From Eledone cirrhosa (Eukaryota): a stretch of DNA of 64,000 bases. Location: the NCBI GenBank assembly GCA_964016885.1, contig OZ024740.1:437224001-437288000 (forward strand), in the 5' to 3' direction. The notes beneath the pieces are model-generated. The model searched no databases. It was not told the origin of the DNA and worked only from the letters and a program-made list of their open reading frames with translations. The stretch's first letter is position 1. Every line of letters begins with the position of its first letter. The position numbers and the translations under genes were made by a program. Positions 1 through 14,413 of the stretch are shown piece by piece.

Positions 1-73
1 TGTTGGTAGATATACTAATTCTTTATAATTATCTTTATATATATTTGTGTGTATATATATATATACATATATA

Positions 74-157
<84 letters not shown>

Positions 158-259
158 AATATATATATATATATATATATACAAATATATATATATATAT
201 TTGTATATATCTATATATATTTGTATATATATATATATATTTGTATATATATATATATT

Positions 260-292
<33 letters not shown>

Positions 293-297
<5 letters not shown>

Positions 298-692
298 GAA
301 AAGAAAATGCTGACAAATTGTTCCCAGTGAAAAATAGTTTAATTAGGAATAAGTAAAAATTAGTAATAGTATTGGTTAGTATTCAGTTTTGGTTTTAAGT
401 TTTACCGGTTGCGCATTTCTAATGCTTTCAAAAATAATTTTGAGATAGAGCACCCGTGATGTTTGCTTTAATCAGATTAGAGCAAACATCACGGGTGCTC
501 TATCTCAAAATTATTTTTGAAAAGCATTAGAAATGTGCAACCGGTAAAACTTAAAACCAAAACTGAATACTAACCAACACTATTACTAATTTTGATTTAT
601 TCCTAATTAAACTATTTTTCACTGAGAACAATTTGTCAGCATTTTCTGTTCCTTTTACCAATATATCATAACTCGTGTGTTACACCTCTATT

Positions 693-696
<4 letters not shown>
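293..696. mobile_element. Palindromic non-coding element, family A copy 1 (~180-bp arms, centre 474), derived from a PLE 3' end
   Basis: 293-473 is the reverse complement of 475-656 around taatc-A-gatta. Flanked by (TA)n. Same element at 17682 and 33984; non-palindromic parent at 34699-34900 and 54713-55173. Confidence 0.85.
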
Positions 697-781
<85 letters not shown>

Positions 782-782
<1 letters not shown>

Positions 783-3073
783 AATTTGACTCCTTCGGCT
801 TTAAAACCTTTAGAAGCCCGCCACACAACACACTACTAAACTCCTTTGAAAATGACCTAATAAAACTAGTTAAGAATATTAAATACAAAAACCACCGTAA
901 TAAAAACAACACCTTCTTAAACAAACTTAGCACCTCTATTAATGATTTCAAAACTAGTAATAAAATTATTGTACATGCGGACGAAACTAATAACATATAC
1001 AGCCTAGATTATAATACTTATAGAAAGTTTATATATAATGAACTACATAAAAGCTACAAGAAAACCACAATGAAAAACTTAGAAGATATTAATATGGAAG
1101 GCTATAATATAGTGTTCAAACTAGGACTCCAGAGACATACACAACCATATACCCCAAACCCCGCTAGATTCTCTCTGAAGGACCATAAGGAGGACTTCAT
1201 TAGCAACCCCTCGATTAGACTTATCTGCCCTTCCAAGTCTGACATTGGCATTATCAGTAAGAAAATTTTAGATAAAATCATCCCACAGATTAAACACAAG
1301 ATATACCTTAAACAATGGGGAAATACAGGTGAAGTGATTGAATGGTTCAAAGATATCAAGGATAACAAGGATAAACAATTTATTCAATTTGATATCAATT
1401 CATACTACACCTCTATTTCCCCTATCCTATTAAATAAGGCACTTATCATGGCCATGGACAATAGTGACCTGACTAGACCCCAGATTGATGTCATACTTGC
1501 GGCCCGTAAAACAGTAATCACCTTTGAAGACCAATTATGGACCCGCAAGGATACGCAAAACAACTTCGACATAACCATGTGATCTAGTGACTCGGCGCAG
1601 GTCACTGATTTAGTCGGGCTATATTTACTTAACGAAATCCATAAGGACCTTCCATACCTCAACGGTAGTTTGTACCGCGATGATGCACTCCTACTTATAG
1701 ATTATAAAAGATTCAATATAGAAAGAACTAGAAAACTATTGCACAAGACATTCAAAAACTATAACCTTAGTATTACCATGGACAAAAACACTAAAAACGT
1801 TAACTTCCTGGACGCCACCCTCTACCTAGACTCAAAGGTATATGCACCTTTCCACAAACCTAATGAAAAACTCATTTACGTAGATACCAAGTCTAACCAC
1901 CCTAGATCTATATTAAACTCTATCTCTAAGGGAGTATCTAATAGAATCTCTAATCTATCCTATGACGTAAACATATTTAGCAAAAACTCGCAATATTATA
2001 ATCAGGCATTAGCTAGATCAGGCCATAATATAGAGATCGAGTTCCTACCTACAAAAACACATAGCTACAACATTATTTCGCACAACATGTCCATGAGGAA
2101 ATTTAGTAATAGGAATAGCAACCACACACACACTAATACGGAGGATGCCAACAAAAGTAACCCACACCACAGAAATTACCATAGTACCATAAAAGGAAGC
2201 AACTCACCCGACATAAAAAACAAAAATAGAAGAAGAAATAATACATTTTTCAACCCTCCTTTCAATCTAAACGTCTCTACCAACCTACCTAGGGCTTTCT
2301 TCTCACTACTGGATAAAAACTTCCCATCTGGCCACAAGTACCATAGCCTTTTAAACAAAAACACTATTAAAATCTCCTACTCTACTACGCCTAACATAGC
2401 ATACCACATAGCTAGTAGCAATAAAAGAAAAATTAATTCTTACTTCCAGCAAACTAAATCACAACAGACGATAAAGCTTCAAAATAACATTATAGCAACT
2501 AACCCTAATATCAATAGAAATAATAGTAATAGCACTAGTGTAAACAATAACGCTGGGAACGTCAACCCACATAACCATAACCCTATAGCTACCATCCAGA
2601 CTTCTACACAACATAATAACTGGCAGACTAACACCCAGAATAATTGTGACTGTAGATCAAATAGAACCTGCCCTTTAGATAAAAAATGCTTAATCAAGGA
2701 TATCATATACTCATGCACAGTCACAACTAGCAACTCTTCTGAAACCTATATAGGCTCTACTTCAAACTGCTTCAAAACCAGATACAATTCGCACCTCCAC
2801 TCTTTCAAAATACACACTCCAGCCAACTCCACTTCACTATCTAGCTACATACACTATCTAAAAACTAAAAATAAACCATATACACTTAAATGGGAAGTGA
2901 TAGGTAACGCGACATCGTACAAACCACCTAATGAATTTTGTAACCTCTGTCTACTAGAGACCCATACTATCATCTTCTCAAACCATAACCTCCTTAATAA
3001 AAAATCAGAAGTGTTCGCGTCTTGCCAACACCGCTTCCGACACTCCTTCCAAAACATTAAACCCAATATATAA
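782..3073 (+). pseudogene. PLE reverse transcriptase / GIY-YIG endonuclease ORF with one in-frame TGA at 1580-1582
   Basis: Motifs FIQFDINSYYTSI, ITM*SSDSAQV, YRDD, VNFLD, linker CDCRSNRTCPL (CxCx5C), YIGST..FKTRYNSH, CNLC, LLNKKSE..CQH. ORFs 677-1582 and 1670-3073 share a frame; paralogs have Gly at the stop. Confidence 0.88.
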
Positions 3074-4597
3074 CAATGTCAGACTTGAGCCCGTCACCAC
3101 ATCTAGCAACAATCATCAGGGGCACACCTTACACCTCATCTCCACACCCATTAATCCACTTTAACGCAAATAGTGACATCCTCCTAGTACCTTTTACCCT
3201 AGAAATATCCCCATGTACTTCTACTTTTGGTATATTGGCCTTCAATTACTTAGACTACATTACACCAATATATAATTCATGTAAACTTTAAGTACGGAAT
3301 TGGTTGTGCTAACATTGTCCTGTGTATGTAGTGCCATCATTGGATAAATGGAAGATTAAGTAATTAATTTATTAACATAAAAGAGCTATATAATCTATAT
3401 GCTGAGTGCAATGAATTATGTACAGGTGATGTATGAGTTATAAGTACTTGATGGTCAGATTAGTGTCTTTGTAGGTGAGAATTGATCTCTGGACTAGCCT
3501 AGTGATATTTAACTTTGCCATGCAATCAGACATGCAATGACCCAGAGCTTACCAGGAGTCATATATAGAAATGATTCTAATAAGACCCTGCCAGGTTCTG
3601 CGGGTGGACTACACTTACAAAGATCATTGATTTGGAGATCTGACTCTTCATGTGGAATATTCGGTGGTGGCACTCTATGATAGAAGGTAATCATCCTAAT
3701 ATGAACACCTTTAGTACTTCTTGATAGACTACACTGTAATTTATAGATAAGATACTTAAATTTAGAAATTGTTTATAACCTTATATGATAGGAATTCATT
3801 TGAGACACCATTAATGTACTTTAGGATAATAAATTTAGCTATAGAAATCAGCTAGTTACCTCCTCTTACGCATTAACTCCCCTTAATCACACACACACTT
3901 CCGGAATATAATATGATGTCAACTCTCACAACAAAAACAACCTGCTCTATAGAATCGAATTAAAGAACGACAAGCTGTGATGTTCTAGCATGGTTTACCA
4001 GGCACCCAATGTTGAATCATCGTGGATTGTGTGATGGACATGTAGTCTATAAATTGCGTTTCCTGGATTGTGGGAGTGGTGGTGTATACGAGGACAGTGG
4101 TGCTGTTTTGCTTCTCATTTGTAATATTTTTGATATTTTTGGTGTTTCTCTACACACGGGCTTCTTTATCGTACAGGTGTGTGTGAATAATGCTTTACCA
4201 GTACAGCCCCCATGATGCTCTTGATTGCCTGCTTTGACTGCTTGTTTTACATGTAACAATGTATCGCACTATAATCTTGTATAAATAGGACACGCGTGTA
4301 TGCCACACGTGTGACTGTTGCATACACTGACTACTCCAAACTTTCCTCTTGCTTTATCTTAGTAAACTGCCAATGTTTTATTTTAATTTTAATTTTAATT
4401 TTAATTTTAATTTTAATTTTAATTTTAATTTTAACTTTAATTTTGTCCTTTAATATGACTGTATTCTTTGTATGTAAATTACCATGCTATAATATTATAA
4501 TGGATGTCAACCCACTGTGGGCCAATATATATACATATGTTTCTATATGTCTCTTGTGTTGAAAAGGAGGTCAAGTATGTTAAAAATCACTGAATAA

Positions 4598-4646
4598 TTG
4601 CTCCGAAGACTACAAACCTCGGTTTGGAAGAAACAATTGTAAGCAA
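4598..4646 (+). ncRNA. Minimal hammerhead ribozyme variant (core CCGAAGA)
   Basis: ttgct-CCGAAGA-stem II(caaacc/ggtttg)-GAAA-caattg-TA-agcaa. Confidence 0.7.
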
Positions 4647-4707
4647 ATAAATGATTTAAACAGAACTTTGATTCATGTAATCTCTCTCTCTCTATATATA
4701 TATATAT

Positions 4708-4814
<107 letters not shown>

Positions 4815-4881
4815 AATATATATATACATACAAATATATATATATATATATATATATATGCAAATGTATATATATATACAA

Positions 4882-4972
<91 letters not shown>

Positions 4973-4993
4973 AATATATATATATGTATACAA

Positions 4994-5024
<31 letters not shown>

Positions 5025-5338
5025 TACAAATATATATATATATATATATACAAATATATATATATATACAAATATATATATATATACAAATATATATAGA
5101 TATATATACAAATATATATATATATATATGTTTGTATATATATATATATATATATTTGTATATATATTTGCATATATATATATATATATTTGTATATATA
5201 TATATATATATATTTGTATATATATATACAATATATATATATATATACAAATATATATATATATATATACACACAAATATATATATATATACATATACAT
5301 ATATATATATACAAATACAAATATATATATATATATTT

Positions 5339-5540
5339 ACCACAGACCCTCCATCTCAACTCACCTTTTGAAAAGCAGAAGAATTGCGAAACCGGTAAAG
5401 GAACCAAATCAATATATATATTTTTAAAAAAAATAAGACTCCAGTTGCATTTTCGATTTCATCTCTTTTTCTTTATACTTTCACTCGTGTAGGACACTTC
5501 GATTATTTTTCATTTTGTAAAAAAACCCTCACTTTCTAAT
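5339..5540 (+). mobile_element. Solo PLE 3'-terminal fragment (family B) with HHR variant at 5364-5401
   Basis: Reverse complement of 6716-6915; cctt-TTGAAAA-gcag..ttgc-GAAA-ccgg-TA-aagg. Confidence 0.75.
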
Positions 5541-5576
5541 ATTTACAAATATATATATATATACAAATATATATAT

Positions 5577-5689
<113 letters not shown>

Positions 5690-5790
5690 AATATATATAT
5701 ACAAATATATATATAAATACAAATATATAAATATATATATAAATAGGTATATATATATATACAAATATATATATATATATACAAATATAT

Positions 5791-5915
<125 letters not shown>

Positions 5916-5964
5916 TGGGAGGGTCAAATATATATATATATATGGGAGGGTCTAATATATATAT

Positions 5965-6077
5965 ATCCAAAATAAAGATAAATCATATGAATTTAATCTA
6001 AATCAAAATTATGGGTGTCATGCCAGAAAGATATGGGTCATATCACCCGCAAAATAAGGTCTAAGATTCTAACGAGT
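5965..6077. repeat. Family C fragment
   Basis: Matches 22530-22640 and 43097-43209, and largely 18581-18672. Confidence 0.75.
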
Positions 6078-6217
6078 ATATATATATATTTGTATATATA
6101 TATATTTGTATATATATATATATATTTGTATATATATATATTTGTATATATATATATATTTGTATATATATATATTTGTATATATATATATATTTGTATA
6201 TATATATATTTGTATAT

Positions 6218-6653
6218 ATGTGAAGACAAACATAGAATATTCGAAAATATTCTGTATGTTTATAATAAACATTTTGAAGACCTAATCGCTATAGAATAGA
6301 ATACGTCACGTATTACAATTTGAGATTCTCGATAAAAGCAAGGGAAGTAACCTACGCGTTTCATTCTTATTTGAAATCATTTCCTGTACACAGCTAAGTA
6401 TTCTATAAGTCTCTAGCTGTGTCATTCTCGATAAAAGCATTGGATATGTAATCCTGATGATTTCAAATAAGAATGAAACGCGTAGGTTACTTCCCTTGCT
6501 TTTATCGAGAATCTCAAATTGTAATACGTGACGTATTCTATTCTATAGCGATTAGGTCTTCAAAATGTTTATTATAAACATACAGAATATTTTCGAATAT
6601 TCTATGTTTGTCTTCACATATATATCGCTATTTCAGAGCATTAAATCCAAATT

Positions 6654-6655
<2 letters not shown>
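6218..6655 (+). mobile_element. Fold-back non-coding element, family D (arms ~6218-6379 / 6458-6620)
   Basis: ~160-bp inverted repeat in TA tracts, with a canonical HHR at the start of the right arm. Confidence 0.8.
6448..6490 (+). ncRNA. Minimal type-I hammerhead ribozyme (canonical core)
   Basis: gtaatc-CTGATGA-tttcaaataagaat-GAAA-cgcg-TA-ggttac. Confidence 0.8.
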
Positions 6656-6715
<60 letters not shown>

Positions 6716-6722
<7 letters not shown>

Positions 6723-7414
6723 GTGAGGTTTTTTTTACAAAATGAAAAATAACCGAGGTGTCCTACACGAGTGAAAGTATAAAGAAAAAGAGATGAAATC
6801 GAAAATGCAACTGGAGTCTTATTTTTTTTTTAAATATATATATTTATTTGGTTCCTTTACCGGTTTCGCAGTTCTTCTGCTTTTCAAAAGGTGAGTTGAG
6901 ATGGAGGGTCTGTGGTTTTTTCTCACATCTGGTTGGTCTCTGAATGTTACTTGTTTTATAAGGAAAAAGTGGCTCGAAATGCCAGGTTTTTCGAGAAGTA
7001 ATTTGATTGGTTTGTCAATAATTATAATAAATTTCGCGCCAGTTCGCGTTACAATAGTTCTTCAAATAAGAGGGGGGGTTGTCACAGGTTGTTTTTTCAT
7101 ATATGAGTGTTTGAATTTCTTTTTACTTGAAAAAAGGAGGCTCACGAAGGCTTTTTTTTGGTTGGTTATAAATGAAATTATGGCTGTCACGTGAACAAGT
7201 TTTCATTAAATTTTTGTGCCCTTATTTGGAAATCCATTCTGTAGCCTTTTTAGAGAATTTTTTGATAAGTGAAAGATAATGGTCAAGAGAAAGGGATGGG
7301 AGAATTGTTCTGGTTCAGTGAATATGGTTAGTTCGCTGGGGTGTCAGAATTCAGATTTTCTATTGAATAAAGAAAGTAAAGATATGTGTGTTTATTTGTG
7401 TGCTTGTGTGTGTG

Positions 7415-7492
<78 letters not shown>

Positions 7493-7806
7493 AATTTCTT
7501 TACTTTAAAAAAAGGTGGCTCACGAAGGCTTTTTTTTAATAAACGTGATTTGATTGGTTATAAATGAAATTTGTCTGTCACGTGAACAAGTTTTCATTAC
7601 ATTTTTGCGCCCTTATTTGGAAAACTATTCTGTAGTCTTTATAGCGAATGTTATGACAATGGAAAGATAGTGGTCAAGAGAAACGGGATTGGGAGAATGG
7701 TTCTGGTTCAGTGAATATGGTTAGTTCGCTGGGGTGTCAGAATTCAGATTTCCGATTGAATAAAGAAAGTAAAGATATGTATGTTTATTTGTGTGCTTGT
7801 GTGTGT

Positions 7807-7879
<73 letters not shown>

Positions 7880-9498
7880 TGTGTGTGTGTGTGTGTGTAT
7901 TGGAAGATGATTCTATTAGTAGAAATGGGGGAGGGAGTTGTGTGTGTGTGTATATGGGTGTTATGTGTGTGTGTGTGCGAGTATGTTAAGATGGAGAGAA
8001 TATATATTTTGTGTGTGTGTATATATATGTAGGAAAGTGGTTCTATTAGTAGAAATGGGGAGGGAGTTGTGGGTGTGGGGGTTGTTATGTGTGTGTATGG
8101 GTGTTATGTGTGTGGGAGTATGGTTAGCATGTTACGATGAAGAGAATATATATATATATATATATTGTGTGTGTGTGTATATGTGTGTGTGTAGGAAAGT
8201 GATTCCTTTAGTAGGAATATTTTTGAATGAACATATTTTCCTTACTTATTCGTGTTTGCTGTTGTATTGTCAGTGCAAACGTATGTTAAGGTTTATTTAG
8301 TTCGGGTTTTTATTTGCTAAAGTAGAAGGTGTTATGTGTGTGTGTGTGTATGTCATATTATGGTGTTGACATAATGTATATTAAACCATATTTAATGTTG
8401 GTCTATATTTTTGAATAAACATATTTTCCTTATTTATTCGCATTTGTTCTGTTGTATTGTTAGCGCAAAGGTAAAATGGGAAGACTTGGAATTTGGGTGT
8501 CTTATTACTTGCGCAAATGTCTAGATGTGCACTTAGTGGTATCTGTCTCGTGGTTGGATCTCGTAATTGTTGGCGATGAACTGTCATTCTGTTTCTGAGT
8601 GTGAGTTTAGTTTGTCCTATATAATCTTCATTGCATCCTTTACATTTAATGGCATAAATTAGATTTTTTGATGAGCAAGTGAAGTGATTTTTTACAGTAA
8701 AATTTTGTCCTGATTTAAATGTATACGTGTTGCCTTCAATGAGGTGAGTGCAGGTTCCACAATTAGAACGACAACATTTTTTGATACTTGGTTGTGGGTT
8801 TGTGGTAGGTAATTTGGCATTGGTGAGTAATGTTTTCAGTGATTTTGGTTGTCTTTTGCTTTTGATTATTTTGTGTGTTTCAAGGGCTTTTTTCATTCTT
8901 GGGTTTTGTTTTAGTAGTGGGATGTTATTGTGAATAGTGTTGTAAGCTTCCGCGTTTCTTGGGTTGTGCGTTGAGATATATGATAGAATATTGGACGTAC
9001 CTTGAATTTGTTTCTGTCAAAAAATTCTCTAAAGAGGCTACAGAATGGATTTCCAAATAAGGGCACAAAAATTTAATGAAAATTTGTTCACGTTACAGCC
9101 ATAATTTCATTTATAACCAACGCAAAAAAAGCCTTCGTGAGCCTCCTTTTTTCAAGTAAAAAGAAATTCAAACACTCATATATGAAAAAACAACCTGTGA
9201 CAACCCCCCCCCCCTCTTATTTGAAGAACTATTGTAACGCGAACTGGCGCGAAATTTATTATAATTATTGACAAACCAATCAAATTACTTCTCGAAAAAC
9301 CTGATTTTCGAGCCAGTTTTTCCATATAAAACAAGTAACATTTAGAGACCAACCAGATGTGAGAAAAACCACAGACCCTCCATCTCAACTCACCTTTTGA
9401 AAAGCAGAAGAACTGCGAAACCGGTAAAGGAACCAAATAAATATATATATTTTTTAAAAAATAAGACTTCAGTTGCATTTTCGATTTCATCCCTTTTT

Positions 9499-9503
<5 letters not shown>
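6716..9503 (-). mobile_element. 5'-truncated Neptune-like PLE (family B) with an inverted copy of its 3' end at 9016-9503
   Basis: GIY-YIG remnant at 8381-9015. 9016-9503 is the inverse of ~6780-7265. HHR variants at 6854-6891(-) and 9393-9430(+). Internal duplication in the 3' UTR (~7110-7540 / ~7490-7900). Confidence 0.85.
8381..9015 (-). pseudogene. PLE C-terminal GIY-YIG endonuclease fragment
   Basis: CCRSNCGTC..CSSKNLIYAIKCKGCNEDYIGQTKLTLRNRMTVHR..PTLN; homologous to the C-terminus of 36000-38249. Confidence 0.88.
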
Positions 9504-9529
<26 letters not shown>

Positions 9530-9535
<6 letters not shown>

Positions 9536-9953
9536 AAGAGGCCTTACGCCCCCTGTCGGATAATGGACCAGGCCTAGTTGTCTCCCCCTGGTTGAGATCA
9601 CCTAGGTAAGCAGCAGACAGCCACGGGAAAGCAGAATGCAAACAGCAGACGGCCTCTGTACCACGAAACGATAAACAGCCACGAGAACAGCAAACACTAC
9701 AATACTTTTGTAATTGTAATACGTTCCCTTCACTACAACTGACCACGTCTATATTTGGTATGTTTCATTTGTAATATAATAAACATCACCATTATTTACA
9801 TTGTTGAATAGAGCTCTCGTTGTGGTTATTGTCTTGATTACACACACACCCACTCACTTGTTATAATTCTCACTTACAATGGTAAATAGACGAGGGACTT
9901 TCCCTCGCGTCTATATTGATAAACAATCCAACTAGGATACATCATTTACCACA
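9530..9953 (+). repeat. 5' LTR
   Basis: Direct repeat of 14414-14857 with TGT...ACA ends; the 3' copy has a 20-bp insertion. Confidence 0.93.
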
Positions 9954-10247
9954 CTGGTAACCCCGACTAAAGAATTTTACGCAGCCTTTTTATTCAGTTG
10001 AACTTAAATATTTTACTGTTATTACCACGTTGCCAACCTTTTCGCAACTTACAAAAAAAAAGACAGAGAAATAATTTTTTTAAATATATATATGTACTTT
10101 ATGTATTTTTGCTATTTCCTAATGTTTTGAATGACTGTTTCTTTTTGACCTTTGATTTTGTTTTCCATTTTGGGTGTGTACTTTTCCCTGTACGAGGGAA
10201 CATTAATTGCTGTTTATATATATATTTTTTATTTTAAACGTTTCACA

Positions 10248-11029
10248 ATGAATACGCCACATTTGCCCGCCTTTACCGGAAACCCTAAGCTGTGGTTCGC
10301 CCAGCTACAGGCGTATTTTACGGTCTGTAAGACCGAGTCTGACCAGCGCCTCGCTGTCTTGATTAGTGGACTTCCCCCTAATTTAGCAGATTCGGTTCAA
10401 GACCTAATTACAGACCCCCCCCCCCCTCTGACTTAACGTATGACTCTTTAAAAGGCGAGATCTTGAGAAGGAACTGTAAATCGGTAGAGAGTCGTTTTCG
10501 GTCATTGATCGAGAACGAACGACTAGGTGACAGAACCCCTACCGCTTTTCTCCGACATTTGCGGGAATTGAGTGATTCCCAGGATCAGGATAGCCCTTTC
10601 CTGAAGCAATTGTTCTTCTCTCGCCTACCTCAAGAGGTTCAGGCAATCCTAGCCCATATGCTAGAAGTAAACACACTCGACCACATTGCTGTCTCTGCCG
10701 ACAAAATACTAGAAGTGACGAAGAGAGACACTTCGAAGGAAAAGTACGTTGCTTCCTCTTCTCTTCCTCAATCACGCTCATCAGCGAGTGATGAGAAGTT
10801 AGTCAAAACAATGGAAGCCATGACTCATCAAATGGCGGATTTGTTCCAGGAACTCAGGTCTTTTGGACGGCAGAGGAGCCGCTCACGATCTTATTCAACT
10901 CCTCGCCACCGTAGCCTTTCCAAAACATCAAATCCAACATATTGTTATTACCATAACAAATATGGTGACAAATCCGCCCGCTGTAGGCCTCCTTGTGTTT
11001 ACAAGGGAAACGACGACCAGAGTCACTAA
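10248..11029 (+). pseudogene. gag: Gypsy gag (frameshift at poly-C ~10415-10428)
   Basis: LPAFTGNPKLWFAQ, LGDRTPTAFLRHL, LFFSRLP, and C-terminal CYYHNKYGDKSARCRPPC. Confidence 0.85.
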
Positions 11030-14000
11030 CGGCGGATAGTGCGCTCTGCGAAACATCATCCAACCGCCACTTTTTCATTGAGGACCTGCTATCAGGTAGA
11101 GCCTTTCTGGTTGACACAGGTGCAGTTTGTTCAATATGGCCTGTGTATTGTATGAAGGAGACTCCCCCTGAGTCACCTATTGAGTTGCAGGCAATAAATT
11201 GTTCGCCGATTCGAACCTTCGGACAAATCTCGCTACCTTTGCTGTTCCGTAATCTGCGGCGTGAGTTTAAATGAATATTTACTGTCGCTGCCTTGCCGTA
11301 TCCGATTCTAGGCGCGGATTTTCTCCACCATTTTTCATTGACGGTGGAACTCCGTCGTAAGTGCCTAATTGATGGCATCACTGGTTTAACTGTTGTTGGC
11401 AAGGCAGCAGGAGTTTCAACGGTTAGCCCGACCTTTTTTCTTGCTAACACCGGCGATACTTACCATGCGTTGTTGAACTCGTTCCCGCAACTGACTCAGG
11501 GAAATTTTCGAGTTGATGAGCCAACTCATACCACGGAGCACTTCATAACTACAACTGGTGCTCCCGTTTTTTCTCGTCCTCGTCGCTTGCCTCCGGACAA
11601 ACTCAAAGCAGCACGATCAGAGTTTGATCATATGCTGCAGTTGGGGATTATTCGTCCGTCCACGATCCCGTGGGCGTCCCCATTACACATGGTACCGAAA
11701 GCGACTGGCGATTGGAGACCTACTGGAGATTATCGACGCTTAAATTCAATAACGGAACCGGACCGTTATCCTATCCCTCATCTGCAAGACTTTGCGTCTT
11801 CGTTGCAGGGATGCAAGATATTCTTCAAACTGGATCTAATTCGTGCGTACCATCAAATTCCTGTCCATAAAAATGACATTCCCAAAACGGCTATAGTTAC
11901 GTCATTTGGGTCATTTGAGTTTTTGACCATGCCGTTCGGATTAAGGAATGCCGCTAGTACGTTTCAGCGGTTTATGGATGAGGTTACTCGTGGCCTCGAT
12001 TTCGTCTATACCTATATTGACGACCTGCTCATTGCTAGTTCTTCTCAAGAACAACATACGCACCATTTGAATCTTCTTTTCCGCCGATTGAAGGCGTATA
12101 ACGTGCAGATTAATGCACCCAAATGTGTTTTTGGTGCTGAGTCACTGACTTTCTTGGGTCACATCATCGATGCTGACGGTATTCGACCCCGGCCTGAGCT
12201 AGTTAAGGTCATAGAGGATTTGCCTCCATCGACCTCACTACGTCAGTTACGCCACTTCTTAGGCCTGATTAACTTTTATAGGCGTTTCGTGCCAAATTGT
12301 GCAAGATTGCTTTTCTCCCTGAGAAATTTTAAAAAATTGTCGGAAGAAGAATGCAGACATTTCTTTGACCGAGACTCAACTTGCTGATTTTCAGCACGCC
12401 AAAACTGCTTTGGCTAATGCTTCTTTATTGGCTCATCCGGTACCCGGTGCAAAGCTTACGCTTTGTGTTGATGCATCGGATATCGCTGTGGGCGCAGTGC
12501 TACAGCAAAACATCAATGGTTACCAGCAACCGCTGGAGTTTTTTTCCAGAAAAATGAAACCTGCTGAGACGCTCTACAGCACCTTTGGAAAGGAGCTTTT
12601 GGCCATCTATTTAGCCGTGAAACATTTTTCACATATGCTAGAGGGTAGACTATTTACTATCCTCACTGACCATAAACCATTGACTTTTGCGTTGAGAGCG
12701 AAGGCTGATAAATACTCGCCCAGAGAGACGAGACACCTTGATTTCATCTCGCAATATACGAATGATATCCAACACATCCCGGGTTCACTGAATACAGCGG
12801 CCGATGCTTTGTCCCGCTTACCCGTGACAGCGATCTCGTCATCCTCTGACATAGATCTGACTCGTTTGGCTGCGGATCAGCCTCCCCTTGAGTCATTGGA
12901 TGTTACATCGCCTGAGTTTGCGAAATGTGAGATGAAATACTTGCCTCTGTCGACTGCAGTTGGCCAAATTCTCTGCGACGTCTCTTTGGACCTGCCTAGG
13001 CCCTTCGTTCCAGAGAATCATCGTTGGACCGTGTTTCTGGCATTACATAGTTTCTCGCATCCAGGATCTTCTGCCACAGTTAAACTCATATCAGCTAGAT
13101 TTTTCTGGCCAAATATGAGGCGTGAAATTGCTGCTTGGTGCCGTTCCTACGTCGCTTGCCAGAAATCAAAGGTCCATCGACACGTCAAGGCTCCACTGGG
13201 TACCTTTACTAACCCAGATGCGCGTTTTTCGCACATTCACATTGATATAGTGGGACCTTGGCCTGTCAGCGATGGTTATTCTTATCTGCTGACTATAATT
13301 GACCGTTTTTCGAGATGGCCTGAAGCCATCCCCTTGAAAAACATCACCGCTGAGACAACAGCGCGTGCTCTTGTGTCTGGATGGATCTCTCGTTATGGAG
13401 TTCCATCCACAGTAACTACCGACCGTGGGCGACAGTTCGAGTCGAGCCTTTTCCTCGAACTGTCAAAATTAATTGGTGCTAAACGCATCAGAACTACGGC
13501 GTACCATCCCGCTTCTAATGGTATGGTAGAGCGTTTTCACCGACAACTGAAGGCCTCCTTAATGGCCTCAATGGACTCGGCGCATTGGAGCGAGTACCTC
13601 CATTTGTGCTATTAGGGATTCGGTCAACGGTGAAGGTCGACTTTGGATTTTCACCGGCCGAAGTACTGTAAGGTGCTCCTCTGAGGTTGCCCGGGCAAAT
13701 GCTTGCCCCTATGGATCTTGATGCCCAAGATCACGCTTCCTACGTGTCCCGTTTGCGCTCCTATTTCCAGGATTTGCCACCAATGGACACTAGGAAACAG
13801 CCTGTCAAGACTTCTGTCCTGAGGGATGTTGCCTCGTGGACGCATGTCTTTGTAAGGAAAGATTCTGTGAAGCGCCCGCTCACACAGCCTTACACTGGAC
13901 CTTACCGTGACTTAGCGCGCTCGGCTAAGCATTTCACTTTAGATATTAAAGGGTCCAGGGAGACAGTTACAATAGACAGGCTTAAGCAGGCGCACCTGGA

Positions 14001-14160
14001 CACGGACGCTGTGGTTCCTGATCCACGAACCCCTTCGTATTTGCCTGTTGAGCGAACGCCTGTTCCTAAACCACCATCATCGCCTGTCCCTACACCACCA
14101 CCATCGCCACGTTACAAGACCACGACCCGTTCAGGTCGTAGGGTCCACTGGCCCAAAAAC
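10993..14160 (+). pseudogene. pol: Gypsy pol (protease, RT, RNase H, integrase) with stops and frameshifts
   Basis: FLVDTGA; [31 protein letters not shown]; DASD..ELLA..TDHKPL; [23 protein letters not shown]; GPY. Confidence 0.93.
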
Positions 14161-14413
14161 AATTTGCAGCACCGTCTATATTTATACTGTGTTAGCTGCA
14201 CCTTTTTCTTCCTTCTGTGTTTCTGTTTTTTCTTTGCCTATTTTTATGCATGCATGTTGTGTTTTTTAACATTTTTCAAATCCTTATTCTGGATTTAATG
14301 ATTGGTAGAGCGAATAGCACCCCCCCCCCCCCTTGTTGCATTGTTCACCATCTTACTCCACGTGTGAGTAATAACATCGATTTTCGATGATTTGAAAATC
14401 TGGCAGGGGATAC

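Larger units (their letters stand above)
781..4690 (+). mobile_element. Penelope-like element (probably Hydra-type), 5' end in (TA)n, long 3' UTR ending in an HHR
   Basis: RT+GIY-YIG ORF 782-3073, HHR-like motif at 4598-4646, TA tracts on both sides. Confidence 0.85.

Noticed and set aside
293-696. Palindromes as DNA-transposon MITEs or as sequencing fold-back artefacts
   Set aside because: The arms match PLE 3' ends and no transposase is present. The arms contain mismatches and the same centre recurs at separate loci, which argues against artefact, though this is not fully excluded without reads.
1580-1582. In-frame TGA in the PLE ORF as possible selenocysteine or readthrough
   Set aside because: Paralogs (17017-17220, 44042-46099) have Gly here (TMG), not Cys; a simple GGA>TGA mutation explains it.
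4378-4445. (ATTTTA)n giving an ILILIL ORF
   Set aside because: Simple repeat within a PLE 3' UTR.
10854-11450. Antisense ORFs over Gypsy, LINE and PLE coding regions
   Set aside because: Shadow ORFs with no recognisable motifs.
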